Assembly (NCBI GenBank): GCA_963775465.1
Contig: CAVZIW010000013.1
Span: forward strand, 123,169-187,168
Direction of reading: 5' to 3'
DNA from: Candidatus Bathyarchaeota archaeon
GTDB taxonomy: Archaea > Thermoproteota > Bathyarchaeia > Bathyarchaeales > Bathycorpusculaceae
DNA length: 64,000 nucleotides
The notes under the pieces are model-generated. The model made no database searches. It was not told the origin of the DNA and saw only the letters and a list, made by a program, of their open reading frames with translations. The number at the start of each line of letters is the position of its first letter. Within the stretch, counting starts at the first letter, position 1. Shown here in pieces: positions 38,781 through 48,534 of the stretch. Made by a program: the position numbers and the translations under genes.

Positions 38781-39278
38781 TGCATTAGAAAGTCCTATAA
38801 TTTACCTTGATTTACAATAAGTAATGAGTTTTATTAATTATTTAGGGGTGTGCAAATTATGATGTATTTTTTATTTTGCGTTATTTTGTTTGTCTGCTAG
38901 AACTTCAACACCTAGAAAATTCTTGTTGTTGTTCTACCAACCCTCCATGCACTGATGGGTAGCTTTTGGAGCTTTGTAACTACAAAATTTTTCTCGGGAG
39001 GTTTTGCTGTTCTTCTAGATAATGTGGATGGTTCATTTTTGGGGTAGATTAGAAGAATTATGCGGTGTTGTTTTTAAACCTTAATCGGCAAAAACAGTGA
39101 TTAATCTTATATCATATCGTGGGTTTCCGTCTTTTTTGTTTCTTTGGAAGTTATTGCTTTGTTGATGAAAAGCCTGAGAGCATCATAGACTTCCATACTA
39201 AAACATAATTAGGGAGCAAATTAAATTCTGCACATTCCTAAATTATTATGATAACAAACAACTAAAAAATGTCGTGGC

Positions 39279-39671
39279 TTAATTTTCGAACCTTTCTTGG
39301 GTTAAAGTCTCTACTATGTTAGTGGCTGTCTCAACAATGGAGTCGGCTTGTTTCATCATGGCGTCACCGTTTACTTCTTCGAGTTGCGATATTTGCTGGA
39401 CGATTGTTTCGATTTCGATTAGAAAACGCATCATTGAATCGTTAGTTAAAGGGTTTTTAACTACTTCTTCACGAATGAGGATTTCTATGAAGGCAGGTTC
39501 ACCCAAACTGTAATAGATAGCATTTCTTGCTTTTCTGATGGCTTCCAATACTAAGCTTGGTGCCATGTAGGGAATTTTTCGTGCAGCTTCTAATTCGGCT
39601 TTCGCTTCACGAAGGTACCTTAGTGCCCATCCTTTCCTGTATTGATCCATCATAAAAGATTCTTTTCCCAA
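39279..39671 (-). CDS. Hypothetical helical protein, possibly HEPN-like
   Basis: 130-aa ORF 11 nt downstream of rps17e; YLREA..EL..A N-helix, RNAIYY. Confidence 0.55.
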   Translation of the reverse strand: MGKESFMMDQYRKGWALRYLREAKAELEAARKIPYMAPSLVLEAIRKARNAIYYSLGEPAFIEILIREEVVKNPLTNDSMMRFLIEIETIVQQISQLEEVNGDAMMKQADSIVETATNIVETLTQERFEN

Positions 39672-39682
39672 AAATTTTCGGT

Positions 39683-39922
39683 TTATTCAGACATGTCTTC
39701 TGTTTCTTGAGCGTCAGGTTCAACTGCAGAGTTAGCTTGAGCTAATGCGAGGGTACGTGTTATGTATCCTGCGGTTTTGTTTCTCACGCTTGTCGTTGCC
39801 CCATTTGTGAGTGTGTCTACTGTGTGTTTGTTTTCGTCAAAGTTGGTTGTGAATTTGTTGGGGAATCGCGTCATTAGTTCCTTGCCAAGACGTTTTATTT
39901 GCTCAGTCTTTACATTTCCCAG
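39683..39922 (-). CDS. rps17e: 30S ribosomal protein S17e (apparent CTG start)
   Basis: G.VKT..IKR, F...FDENK, RNK.AGYIT; GGAGG 8 nt upstream of CTG at 39922. Confidence 0.93.
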   Translation of the reverse strand: MGNVKTEQIKRLGKELMTRFPNKFTTNFDENKHTVDTLTNGATTSVRNKTAGYITRTLALAQANSAVEPDAQETEDMSE

Positions 39923-40057
39923 GTTATATTCCTCCAGTGTTAACAGTTTTTTCTCTAACGTTTGAGCGTTTGAGCAACTCTCAATAGAGGACAGGTTTAA
40001 TTTAAGTTTACGCCTCAAAATAATGAATAACTTAGAAAGATACCAAGAAATAGAAGC

Positions 40058-40831
40058 TCAGGATAGTTTAATGTTGAAAAAATCCTGAAAATTAATAGTT
40101 ATTTGCTTAGCTACTTCTTCAACCGGAGTTTTTTTAATTTCGGCTATTGCTTCGACAACGTTGCGCAAGTATGAAGGCTTTGTCATTTGCCCATTGTATG
40201 GTTGCTTCCAATAAGTAACTGGACCATCTGTTTCGGTCATCAGGTTTGTCAGAGGAGTTTTTTCTACAACTTCGCGGATTCCCTTGGAGTAAGTGATTGG
40301 TGGACCTTCAGTTATGAAGTAACCGTTGTCTAATGCTTTACTAAGTGCCGCAATAGGGTGGCTAAACCAATGTAATAGCACTTTTTTAAGATTGTAGGAA
40401 GGCAACATTTCAACTACTTTGTCAGTTGTTCCTCTTGAATGTATTATGACCGGAAGGTCTAGTTCTTCAGCAAGGCGAAGCATTTTGTCAAAAACCATAA
40501 TTTGTGCTTCCCATAGGGTTTCGTATTTGTAGTCTAAACCGATTTCGCCTATGGCTTTAACAATTCCTTTCTGTTTCTGTATAAAATCAATGATTTCTTG
40601 CAGTTCGTTTTCTTTAAGAACATTTACATTCCAAGGATGAATCCCAAGCGCGGGGTAAATTATGTCTGGGTATTTTTGCGATAATTTAATGTCGTTCTGG
40701 CAAGTTTGGAGATCCATAGAATTTGAAACTAAAGCTGTTACACCTGCTTTTTTCGCATCAATTATTAACTCATCGATATGACCAATGTATTCGTTGTCAG
40801 AAAGGTGTATGTGGGCATCAATTAATCTCAT
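40058..40831 (-). CDS. tatD: TatD-family hydrolase
   Basis: IDAHIHL, GIHPW, IGEIGLD, IHSR, ETDGP. Confidence 0.93.
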   Translation of the reverse strand: MRLIDAHIHLSDNEYIGHIDELIIDAKKAGVTALVSNSMDLQTCQNDIKLSQKYPDIIYPALGIHPWNVNVLKENELQEIIDFIQKQKGIVKAIGEIGLDYKYETLWEAQIMVFDKMLRLAEELDLPVIIHSRGTTDKVVEMLPSYNLKKVLLHWFSHPIAALSKALDNGYFITEGPPITYSKGIREVVEKTPLTNLMTETDGPVTYWKQPYNGQMTKPSYLRNVVEAIAEIKKTPVEEVAKQITINFQDFFNIKLS

Positions 40832-40981
40832 TTTTTCACCTAAATATGTCGGATCTTAATCGTTTTAAGATTTGCCCCCATTTAAGTATTAAGACTATCT
40901 CCAAGGTCGTTTTAGAGCAAAAAGTAATAACAAAGGTTAAATATTGCTTTAAAATGAAAAAGAGACTGAAGAGATGTCGAT

Positions 40982-41203
40982 ATGACGGAACTAGAAATAG
41001 CTGTAGCCCCCATGCACAGATTATGTAAAAAAGCAGGCGCTGACAGAGTAAGCGAAGCAGCAGCAAAAGAACTCGCAAAAGCACTTGAAGAAATCGGCGT
41101 TAAAATCGCCAAAGAAGCATTAGATTTTGCGATGCATGCTGGAAGAAAAACCATCAAAGCGGAAGACATAGAAATCGCCGCTAGAAAAATCATGGGAAAA
41201 TAA
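40982..41203 (+). CDS. Archaeal histone
   Basis: [23 protein letters not shown]. Confidence 0.96.
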   Translation: MTELEIAVAPMHRLCKKAGADRVSEAAAKELAKALEEIGVKIAKEALDFAMHAGRKTIKAEDIEIAARKIMGK

Positions 41204-41322
41204 GCTAATAACTTAACATTATTCCCTCTTTCTTCTTTTTGTCTTCAGTTGACAAATTAAAAAAAGGAGACCGCATTTACAGTGTAAAGACTTTTGGACA
41301 CCGAATCTAATCATGAATTGCC

Positions 41323-42090
41323 TTAAGCATTTGCTGAAGAAGCCCACAAAAATTGGAAGTATTCCCGCGCAAAACCAACTAATCCAACATGGTTACTCCA
41401 AATAACTAGACTTGGTTTGTCTTCGCCTAGAAACAGTAAAGCTTCCTTGCCGTCGGCGATTACACCACCCCCGAACATGTGATCCCTTATACGTAGTTCA
41501 TTCAAACCATATTTTTTTAAAAAACCCCAATCTTCCTTGTTGCCAGCAATCATAAGCTTAACATGAACTGTTTTCTTTAAGCCCGTTCCCAGCATGGATT
41601 CAGCCATAGCAATGACTGGCTTAGCAAATTCTGGCGCTGCAATAACTATTTCCACCGAAGCTTTTTTTAGAACTTCTTCAAGTTTACCAAGAACTGCTTG
41701 TTGGCCACGCAAAATCAGCATGTCTGGACGTTCAACAAGTTCGCGTTTCTCGTAAAGAGGCTGAAGAGTTTCAGCTACAGTGCTTTCCCAACTTACACAT
41801 TTATCTTCTAAACGGAGCTTTGTGAATCTTGTTGCTTCTAACGGCGGAACTGGATAGTATTTGAAGGGGCGACTTTCACTACTTTTTATCCAACCTTTTT
41901 CTTTGAGGGAATTTAACACTTCATACATTTTGCTATAAGGCACTTTAGCTTCTTGACTTATCTCCATAGCAGTCATTTGTCCGAGTTCAAGCAGCACTAT
42001 GTAAGCGTCTATTTCATAGGCGTTTAACCCCATTTCACGGAGTACAACCCTTGTATTTTCGTTGATTATCATTTCTCTCCCCTCAATCAC
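41323..42090 (-). CDS. TrmB-family transcriptional regulator
   Basis: GLN.YE..AY..LL, VPYSK.YEVL.SL..KG, RP.KY. Confidence 0.9.
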   Translation of the reverse strand: MIEGREMIINENTRVVLREMGLNAYEIDAYIVLLELGQMTAMEISQEAKVPYSKMYEVLNSLKEKGWIKSSESRPFKYYPVPPLEATRFTKLRLEDKCVSWESTVAETLQPLYEKRELVERPDMLILRGQQAVLGKLEEVLKKASVEIVIAAPEFAKPVIAMAESMLGTGLKKTVHVKLMIAGNKEDWGFLKKYGLNELRIRDHMFGGGVIADGKEALLFLGEDKPSLVIWSNHVGLVGFAREYFQFLWASSANA

Positions 42091-42177
42091 CTTAGGAAAC
42101 GTTTGGAAACCTTATTATGATGTCATCTGTTCTTAAGCACTTCGAATTGTAACGCTTACACTTTAGAAGGCAAAAGC

Positions 42178-43668
42178 ATGCAAGACATCAAGACCACAAA
42201 AAGCATCTGCCCTGAATGTCTAAAGGCAGTAGATGCAACAATCTACGAAGATGAAGGAAAAGTCTTCATTAGAAAAACCTGTCCAGAACATGGATCAGTG
42301 CAAGAGCTCTACTGGTCAGATTACGACCAATATGTACGCGCTGAAAAATTCCGTTATGAGGGAACAGGAATGGAGAACCCACGCACCGAGACAAAGCTTG
42401 GTTGCCCCTACGACTGTGGAATCTGCCCCGAACACAAATCCCATACTTCCCTCGCAATCATCGACATCACTAACCGTTGTAACTTGAAGTGCCCGGTTTG
42501 CTTCGCTAACGCGTCAGCTGCAGGATATGTGTATGAGCCAACAGCAGATCAAGTTGCAGGCATGCTCGAGAACCTTCATAACAACAAACCAGTCCCTGCA
42601 ACAGCATTGCAGTTTTCCGGCGGAGAACCAACTATTCGAGAAGAGCTTTTTGATTTCGTTCGAAAAGCAAAAGAAATTGGTTTCAAACATGTTGAAGTCA
42701 ATACAAACGGCGTTCGCATTGCAGCTGACCCTGAATATGCCAAGAAACTAAAGGCAGCTGGAGTAAGCACAATTTATCTGCAGTTTGACGGTTTAACACC
42801 TGAAGCTTACAAGTTTATCCGGGGCTTGGATTTACTTGAAACGAAAATGAAGGCTATCGAGAACCTCCGCCAAGCAGGTTATGCGAGCATCGTCTTGGTA
42901 GTTACATTAGTGAAGGGAGTCAATGACCAACAACTTGGTGATATCATAAAGTTTGCAGCCAAAAACTTCGATGTTATTCGATGCGTCAATGTACAACCTG
43001 TATCGCTATGCGGCAGACTTCCGCAGCAAGAAAGAGAAAAAATGCGCATCACTATCCCAGATTTTATGCGACTAGTTGAAGAGCAAACAAACGGAGATAT
43101 CAAGGCTTCAGACTTCTACCCAGTTCCAATAGTCGTGCCCGTCTCCAAAGCCGTCGGCGAACTCAAAGGTAAGCGGTACGTTGAGTTTACAACGCATCCT
43201 CATTGCGGAATGGCAACTTTTGTGTTTATCGAAAATGGCAACATGACTCCTATTACCCGCTACGGCAACATTGAAAAATTCGTGGGTTCATTAAAGGGTG
43301 TTTACGCTGATGCCTTAAAAGGCGACAAGAGCAAAGCCAAAATACGTCTAGCTGGATCTGCAAGACACATTAAATTTTCTTTCCTACGAAAATACTTATT
43401 CAAGGTTCTAACAACCGGCGACTACAATTCTCTTGGAGATTTTGCTCGAAACGCATTGATGATTTCTTCTATGCATTTTATGGATCCCTACAATTTTGAC
43501 TTGGAACGCGTTCAACGATGTGGTATCCACTATGCTGTTCCAGACGGACGCATCATACCTTTCTGCACCATGAACTCGATCCACCGAGCTGAAGTTGAAA
43601 AGAAACTTGGCATTCCAATAAAACAATGGAAAGAGAAACATAAGGTTGAAATAAGCCAGCCAATGTAA
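42178..43668 (+). CDS. tes: Tetraether lipid synthase (Tes/GDGT-MAS, MJ0619 family radical SAM)
   Basis: S.CPEC..K.CPEHG, CP.DCG.C..H..H, CNL.CPVCFA, HPHCG, MHFMD.YNFD..R..RC.IHY, PFC. Confidence 0.9.
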   Translation: MQDIKTTKSICPECLKAVDATIYEDEGKVFIRKTCPEHGSVQELYWSDYDQYVRAEKFRYEGTGMENPRTETKLGCPYDCGICPEHKSHTSLAIIDITNRCNLKCPVCFANASAAGYVYEPTADQVAGMLENLHNNKPVPATALQFSGGEPTIREELFDFVRKAKEIGFKHVEVNTNGVRIAADPEYAKKLKAAGVSTIYLQFDGLTPEAYKFIRGLDLLETKMKAIENLRQAGYASIVLVVTLVKGVNDQQLGDIIKFAAKNFDVIRCVNVQPVSLCGRLPQQEREKMRITIPDFMRLVEEQTNGDIKASDFYPVPIVVPVSKAVGELKGKRYVEFTTHPHCGMATFVFIENGNMTPITRYGNIEKFVGSLKGVYADALKGDKSKAKIRLAGSARHIKFSFLRKYLFKVLTTGDYNSLGDFARNALMISSMHFMDPYNFDLERVQRCGIHYAVPDGRIIPFCTMNSIHRAEVEKKLGIPIKQWKEKHKVEISQPM

Positions 43669-43701
43669 TTGTTGCGAATAAAGTTTCGGCAAGTGAAAAT
43701 A

Positions 43702-44025
43702 ATGGGTGGAAAAAAGAAGCTCGGCATAAAACAGATGGAAAAGCAGCAGGTCAAAACAGACGACAGTAAAGATGCAAAAAAGAAAGAAAAAGCTGCAGCT
43801 CCACGTGAAAGAAAAACTATCGGAATCATAGTTCCAGATGTAAAAGACGATAGGATAGTCACAGAAGTTAAAAAGATGGGTGTCCTAACACCATATGCAG
43901 TTTCAACTCGCTACGGCATACGCATAAGCGCCGCCAAAGACTTCCTAGAGCAACTTGAAGCTACGGGAGCAATACAACTCGTATCCGGCAGTCACAACAT
44001 CAAAATATACAAAGCAGAAGCATAG
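43702..44025 (+). CDS. rps25e: 30S ribosomal protein S25e
   Basis: MGGKKK, TPY.V..RY.I.IS.AK..L..L...G, IY. Confidence 0.9.
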   Translation: MGGKKKLGIKQMEKQQVKTDDSKDAKKKEKAAAPRERKTIGIIVPDVKDDRIVTEVKKMGVLTPYAVSTRYGIRISAAKDFLEQLEATGAIQLVSGSHNIKIYKAEA

Positions 44026-44072
44026 ATATCAAAATAGTCTTTGTTCCATATTTTTCAATTGGAGTAAAATTT

Positions 44073-44552
44073 ATGAATTTTCCTGAAAGAGTCTACACGG
44101 TTGAAGAAGTAAAGACTGCAAAAAGCCTAGTGGACCAAGGCTACAAACATGATTTAATCATCGAGGGAACTCCAGATTTTACGCAAAAAGTGAAGAGCGC
44201 TCTTGAACAAATCGAAACAGCAGGTTTTTGCGACTTTTTACGAACTTACATACGCAAAATCATCGAAATTGATGGCATAACACAGTTGCGTGAGACAGAG
44301 GTCGCAATCTGGGCAAACAAGTTTGCGGTGGAAAACTCTGTTGACGCAGCCAGCCTAATGGTTCAGAAAGCTTACCATATGAAAGAGTACTTAGAAGGAG
44401 AACTCTACTATGGGGGGAATGCAGAAAAACGTTCAGTAAACAAACGAATTGAGTTTTTACAGGTGCTCAAAGAGAAGTCTAAATCTGATTATGTGAAGAA
44501 AGAATGTGATCGTCTTCTAGAAATGTGGAAAGACAGCTCGCTTGCTTTCTAA
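44073..44552 (+). CDS. Hypothetical protein
   Basis: 159-aa ATG ORF with plausible composition; no family recognised. Confidence 0.6.
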   Translation: MNFPERVYTVEEVKTAKSLVDQGYKHDLIIEGTPDFTQKVKSALEQIETAGFCDFLRTYIRKIIEIDGITQLRETEVAIWANKFAVENSVDAASLMVQKAYHMKEYLEGELYYGGNAEKRSVNKRIEFLQVLKEKSKSDYVKKECDRLLEMWKDSSLAF

Positions 44553-44935
44553 GTCGTTGACAACTTTACTTTTATTATGTTTCCGCTTTTTACTTGCTTA
44601 AAAAGCTCCAAGTTGCCTGTTACTTTTCCAAGAATACTTACTGGACTGTAGGGTTGAGAATTGCCAAAGAAAACACAAAGTGCACTGCCCATAGGCCAAA
44701 AAGCAATAGTGCCTGACTCTACTGTGGGTTTTGCTTTTTCTTCACCCATTTTTATTGGAATTTCAAAGTAAATTTCTTCTTTCCAAAGAGCAGCTCTGCC
44801 TTCCATGGGAAGTTTGCGGACAATTGTATCTATTGTTCGGGGAGCTAAAAATCTGACCAACTCACCTTCAGCTTCGCCTAAACCCTCAATAACAAACTTG
44901 ATTTTTATTCTGGAAACGCCATCTTCATTGCTCAA
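44549..44935 (-). CDS. Cyclophilin-like fold protein (DUF369 type)
   Basis: AP.T...I...LP, W.EEIYF, IAFWP.G.ALC.FFG. Confidence 0.82.
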   Translation of the reverse strand: MSNEDGVSRIKIKFVIEGLGEAEGELVRFLAPRTIDTIVRKLPMEGRAALWKEEIYFEIPIKMGEEKAKPTVESGTIAFWPMGSALCVFFGNSQPYSPVSILGKVTGNLELFKQVKSGNIIKVKLSTT

Positions 44936-45130
44936 TTACATCATAACCCTTTGAAGTAAAATTACGAATCTAATTTGTAAGTTCAAAGGTAATAATTGGT
45001 GAAGTGCAATTTAACTGTTGCAGTAAATTTGGTTTGTTAATTGAGTGGATGGTGTTTAGGAGTTTTTATAGATAATGATATTCTATTTTGGATCTTTTAG
45101 ATCATATGGGCATAGATAGTAGAAATAGAT

Positions 45131-46264
45131 TCACTCAATAGCCATTTTTCTTGTTACTTTGTAATCTGAAATTACGGAAATTCCCCGAGCTCTTAATGCA
45201 GCATCCAGTTTTGAGTCGCCGGTGTCAACTTTTAAACTCTCTAGTCTATCTAATTTGCTCTTTGTCGCAACCACAATAATGTTGTCCAAGCCAACTTGAT
45301 TGATGACTTTTGAGCTTATTTGTTGGTTGCCTCTCCCAAAAATAAATCCCTGTCCTCCAATGGGGGTTACAATGATTTGTGCTTTTCTGCCTGCTATTGC
45401 CTGCAGGAGCTTTTTCTCGTTCACATCTTTTGCAGTGATTTCTTTGTTTTGGAAAAGATCAACACCTAAAAGCGTTTTTTTCTGGTCTAAAAGATCGCCT
45501 ATAGTGCGGGTAGTTGTTCCAGGACCGATTATGTAGAGGTTTGTGGGTTTCATTTCCTCAATTATATAGAGAGCTATAGCTGCTTGATTTTGAATCTCGC
45601 TCTCGATCATGGGACTTTCCATTTTGTTACCCTGAATCAAATGTGGTTCAAAGGGCGAAAGGACATAGCCGTAGAGTTCAGCTGATACATGGCCTTCTCT
45701 GAAGGCTTGTTCGTCAACATCCATAACTTCGGCTTCGCGCAGAGGCAAACTAACAAATAAAAACCGAAGTGCGACTCTTGCCGCAGCTTGAGGTGTAATG
45801 GCGAAAACGGCGCTATGCATTTTCACTCCTGTTGGAACACCTAAAACGGGAACACTTAAACCGATTGCTCTTAGAATGTCACGGGCTGTTCCATCTCCTC
45901 CGCAGAAAATTAGAAGGTCAACTTTAGATTCTTTCATTTGATGTGCGATGATTTGGGTGTCCTTTGGGCTTGTTAGGGTTTTTGCTTGGCCTAAAACTTG
46001 GCAGTTGAAACCGAGTTTTTTAACTTGGAACTCGCCCATTTCTCCAGCACCAACCAGAAATTTTATGTGCTCTTTTGGCGGGGACAGGTTTAATAGGAAA
46101 ATTTCAGCTTTGGCTGAAGCTATTGGTTTGGCTCCGAGGGCGATTGCTTTGCATAGGATTTCGATGCCGTCGGTTCCTTTAAGCCCCACGGCTCCACCCA
46201 TGCCTGCGACTGGGTTTATTATGAAACCGATGGTTTTTTCTGGCGTAGTCTGCTTGGATACCAC
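45131..46264 (-). CDS. ATP-NAD kinase family protein
   Basis: INPVAGMGG.VGLKGTDG, GGDGTARD, P.GVKMHS, GQGF.FGRGNQQ; GTG at 46264 avoids overlap with trpB2. Confidence 0.85.
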   Translation of the reverse strand: MVSKQTTPEKTIGFIINPVAGMGGAVGLKGTDGIEILCKAIALGAKPIASAKAEIFLLNLSPPKEHIKFLVGAGEMGEFQVKKLGFNCQVLGQAKTLTSPKDTQIIAHQMKESKVDLLIFCGGDGTARDILRAIGLSVPVLGVPTGVKMHSAVFAITPQAAARVALRFLFVSLPLREAEVMDVDEQAFREGHVSAELYGYVLSPFEPHLIQGNKMESPMIESEIQNQAAIALYIIEEMKPTNLYIIGPGTTTRTIGDLLDQKKTLLGVDLFQNKEITAKDVNEKKLLQAIAGRKAQIIVTPIGGQGFIFGRGNQQISSKVINQVGLDNIIVVATKSKLDRLESLKVDTGDSKLDAALRARGISVISDYKVTRKMAIE

Positions 46265-46338
46265 AGAGGTTAACCTTGTATTATGGTTTTTTGCTGATTT
46301 ATAAAAATAAAAGAAACAAAAAAGGGTTGGTTGGCTGT

Positions 46339-47751
46339 TTAGTATGTATCGCAACCGATGTATTTTTTGTTTACTTCAGGAAGCCATGGGTAGAGTTTGT
46401 GTAGTTTTTCCATTGATTCCGCAACTTTTTGGGTTGGGTACTCGTAAGGTTGGAGTCTGCCGCTGAAGTATTCATCGTATGCTGACATGTCAAAGAACCC
46501 ATGTCCGCAGAGCACAAATAATATGGTTTTTGCTTCGCCTGTCTTTTTACATCTGAGTGCTTCATCAATGACGCCTTTTATTGCATGTGCGGGTTCGGGT
46601 GCTGGTATGATGCCTTCTGTTTGTATGAACATTTTTGCTGCGTCAAAGACGTCGATTTGGCTGTATGCTTCGGTGGTCATTTGTTTTTCTTGGGTCAATA
46701 GGCTTATAGTTGGAGCGATACCGTGGTACCTTAGTCCGCCTGCGTGGATTGGGGCTGGTATGAAGTCGTGTCCGAGGGTGTGCATTGGGACGAGGGGAGT
46801 TAGTTTAGCTGTGTCGCCGTGATCATATTGGTATTGCCCTTTTGTGACTTTGGGGCAGGCTGTTGCTTCGGTTGCTATGAATTTACATTCTTTAGGTGCT
46901 TTTTTTGTAACTTTGTCGTAGTAGAAGGGCCACATAAGACCTGAGTAGCTACTGCCTCCGCCGATGCACCCGTAAAGTACGTCTGGGTAATCATCAACCA
47001 TTTCGAATTGTTTTTTTGTTTCTAAACCTTCTACAGTTTGGTGCAAGCATACGTGGTTAAAGACGCTGCCAATGGTGTAGTTGGTTTTTTCTTTGCTAAC
47101 CAGGGCGTCTTCGACCGCTTCACTGATGGCTATACCTAAACTTCCTTTATTATCTGGGTCTTCGGCTAGGATTCTTCTTCCTGCCTCTGTTTTGTTGCTT
47201 GGGCTAGAGATGCATTCGCCTCCAAAAGCCTTCATAAGCATTTTTCGGTATGGTTTTTGGTCGTAGCTTGCGCGGACCATATAGATCACTGCTTTAAGGC
47301 CGAATGTCATGGCTGCGAAGGAGAGTGCACTACCCCATTGTCCTGCGCCTGTTTCAGTTGAGACGCGGGTTATGCCTTCTTTAACATTATAGTAGGCTTG
47401 TGGTACAGCGGTGTTAGTTTTGTGGCTTCCCGCTGGACTTACACCTTCGTACTTGTAGTAGATTTTTGCGGGAGTTTTAAGCGCAGCTTCAAGGCGTGTT
47501 GCTCGGATAAGGGGAGTTGGCCGCCATATTTTGTAGACTTCCCGGACTTCGTCTGGAATGTTTATCCAGCGTTCTTGGCTTATTTCTTGACCGATGATTT
47601 CTTTTGGGAAGATCTTTGGGACTATGCCGACGCCGGGCTGCTTTGTCTCCACATCTATGAAGGGTGGAAGCGGGTGTGGCAGGTCGGGCACGATGTTGTA
47701 CCATTGTTTTGGTATGTCGTTTTCTTTTAGTAGAATTTTTTTGTCTGGCAT
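46339..47751 (-). CDS. trpB2: Tryptophan synthase beta chain type 2
   Basis: WRPTPL.RA, GSHK.NTA, ETGAGQWG, IHAGGLRYHG, PAPE..HA. Confidence 0.94.
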   Translation of the reverse strand: MPDKKILLKENDIPKQWYNIVPDLPHPLPPFIDVETKQPGVGIVPKIFPKEIIGQEISQERWINIPDEVREVYKIWRPTPLIRATRLEAALKTPAKIYYKYEGVSPAGSHKTNTAVPQAYYNVKEGITRVSTETGAGQWGSALSFAAMTFGLKAVIYMVRASYDQKPYRKMLMKAFGGECISSPSNKTEAGRRILAEDPDNKGSLGIAISEAVEDALVSKEKTNYTIGSVFNHVCLHQTVEGLETKKQFEMVDDYPDVLYGCIGGGSSYSGLMWPFYYDKVTKKAPKECKFIATEATACPKVTKGQYQYDHGDTAKLTPLVPMHTLGHDFIPAPIHAGGLRYHGIAPTISLLTQEKQMTTEAYSQIDVFDAAKMFIQTEGIIPAPEPAHAIKGVIDEALRCKKTGEAKTILFVLCGHGFFDMSAYDEYFSGRLQPYEYPTQKVAESMEKLHKLYPWLPEVNKKYIGCDTY

Positions 47752-47880
47752 TTTTTTCGCCTTCTTTGAGTTATAAATCGTGCTTTAAAGTTTTATTTAA
47801 GGCTTTTGCGTACAGTTTTGTACGCTAGTGAACAACACTTTTATACGTACAGGAACATAAGCACACTCAAGCGACCTGAA

Positions 47881-48384
47881 ATGTGGAACAAAATTAAAAT
47901 TCAACTCGAACAATACCCCGAACGCCTAAAAGTAGCCCGTGTTCTCATAGAAAACGGATTAAATACAAAAAGTGGAAAAATATATCTCAATCAAATCGAA
48001 ATTCCACCTGTTCGCATAGCGAGAGTAGCGGGTGTAGACAGACGAACAGTAAACGAAACGCTAAATACCATCAAAGATAACTCCGAGTTAAGAATGATTT
48101 TTGAAGAAATCCGCCCAGCAGGCCACTCTTTAAAAGAAATCGCAAAACACCTCAACCTGGGAGTATTAGAAATAACACCAATAAACGCAAAAGCACCTGG
48201 AATACTATCGAACACAGCAACAACGTTAAACAACGCGGGTCTAAGCATAAGACAAGCAATTGTAGATGACCCTGAACTCTCACCTGAACCTAAACTAACC
48301 CTTATTGTTGAGAAAAAAATTCCTGGAGAACTAATCCCAGACTTTTTAAAGATTCCAGGCGTAGCGAAAGTTTCCGTTTATTAG
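47881..48384 (+). CDS. ACT-domain amino-acid-binding regulator
   Basis: IAR.AGVDRRTV HTH, SIRQA..DDPEL. Confidence 0.8.
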   Translation: MWNKIKIQLEQYPERLKVARVLIENGLNTKSGKIYLNQIEIPPVRIARVAGVDRRTVNETLNTIKDNSELRMIFEEIRPAGHSLKEIAKHLNLGVLEITPINAKAPGILSNTATTLNNAGLSIRQAIVDDPELSPEPKLTLIVEKKIPGELIPDFLKIPGVAKVSVY

Positions 48385-48474
48385 CTTTGGCACAAATGAA
48401 TATGAAATAGTTCAAAAAATTAATCGTTAAGGCAAAAAGCACTTGCTCGCGCTTTCTTCAACATGTATCGCCTA

Positions 48475-48488
48475 GAAAAACTTATATT
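48475..48488 (+). promoter_or_regulatory. Putative BRE/TATA of thermosome gene
   Basis: GAAAAA-CTTATATT, followed by GGAGGT SD at 48521-48526. Confidence 0.55.
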
Positions 48489-48534
48489 GATAGGCATATC
48501 TTGTTGTTGTTCGCATTAATGGAGGTTACTTGAT

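Noticed and set aside
39923-40018. 32-aa N-terminal extension of S17e in the ORF track
   Set aside because: Not S17e-like; the SD position favours CTG at 39922.
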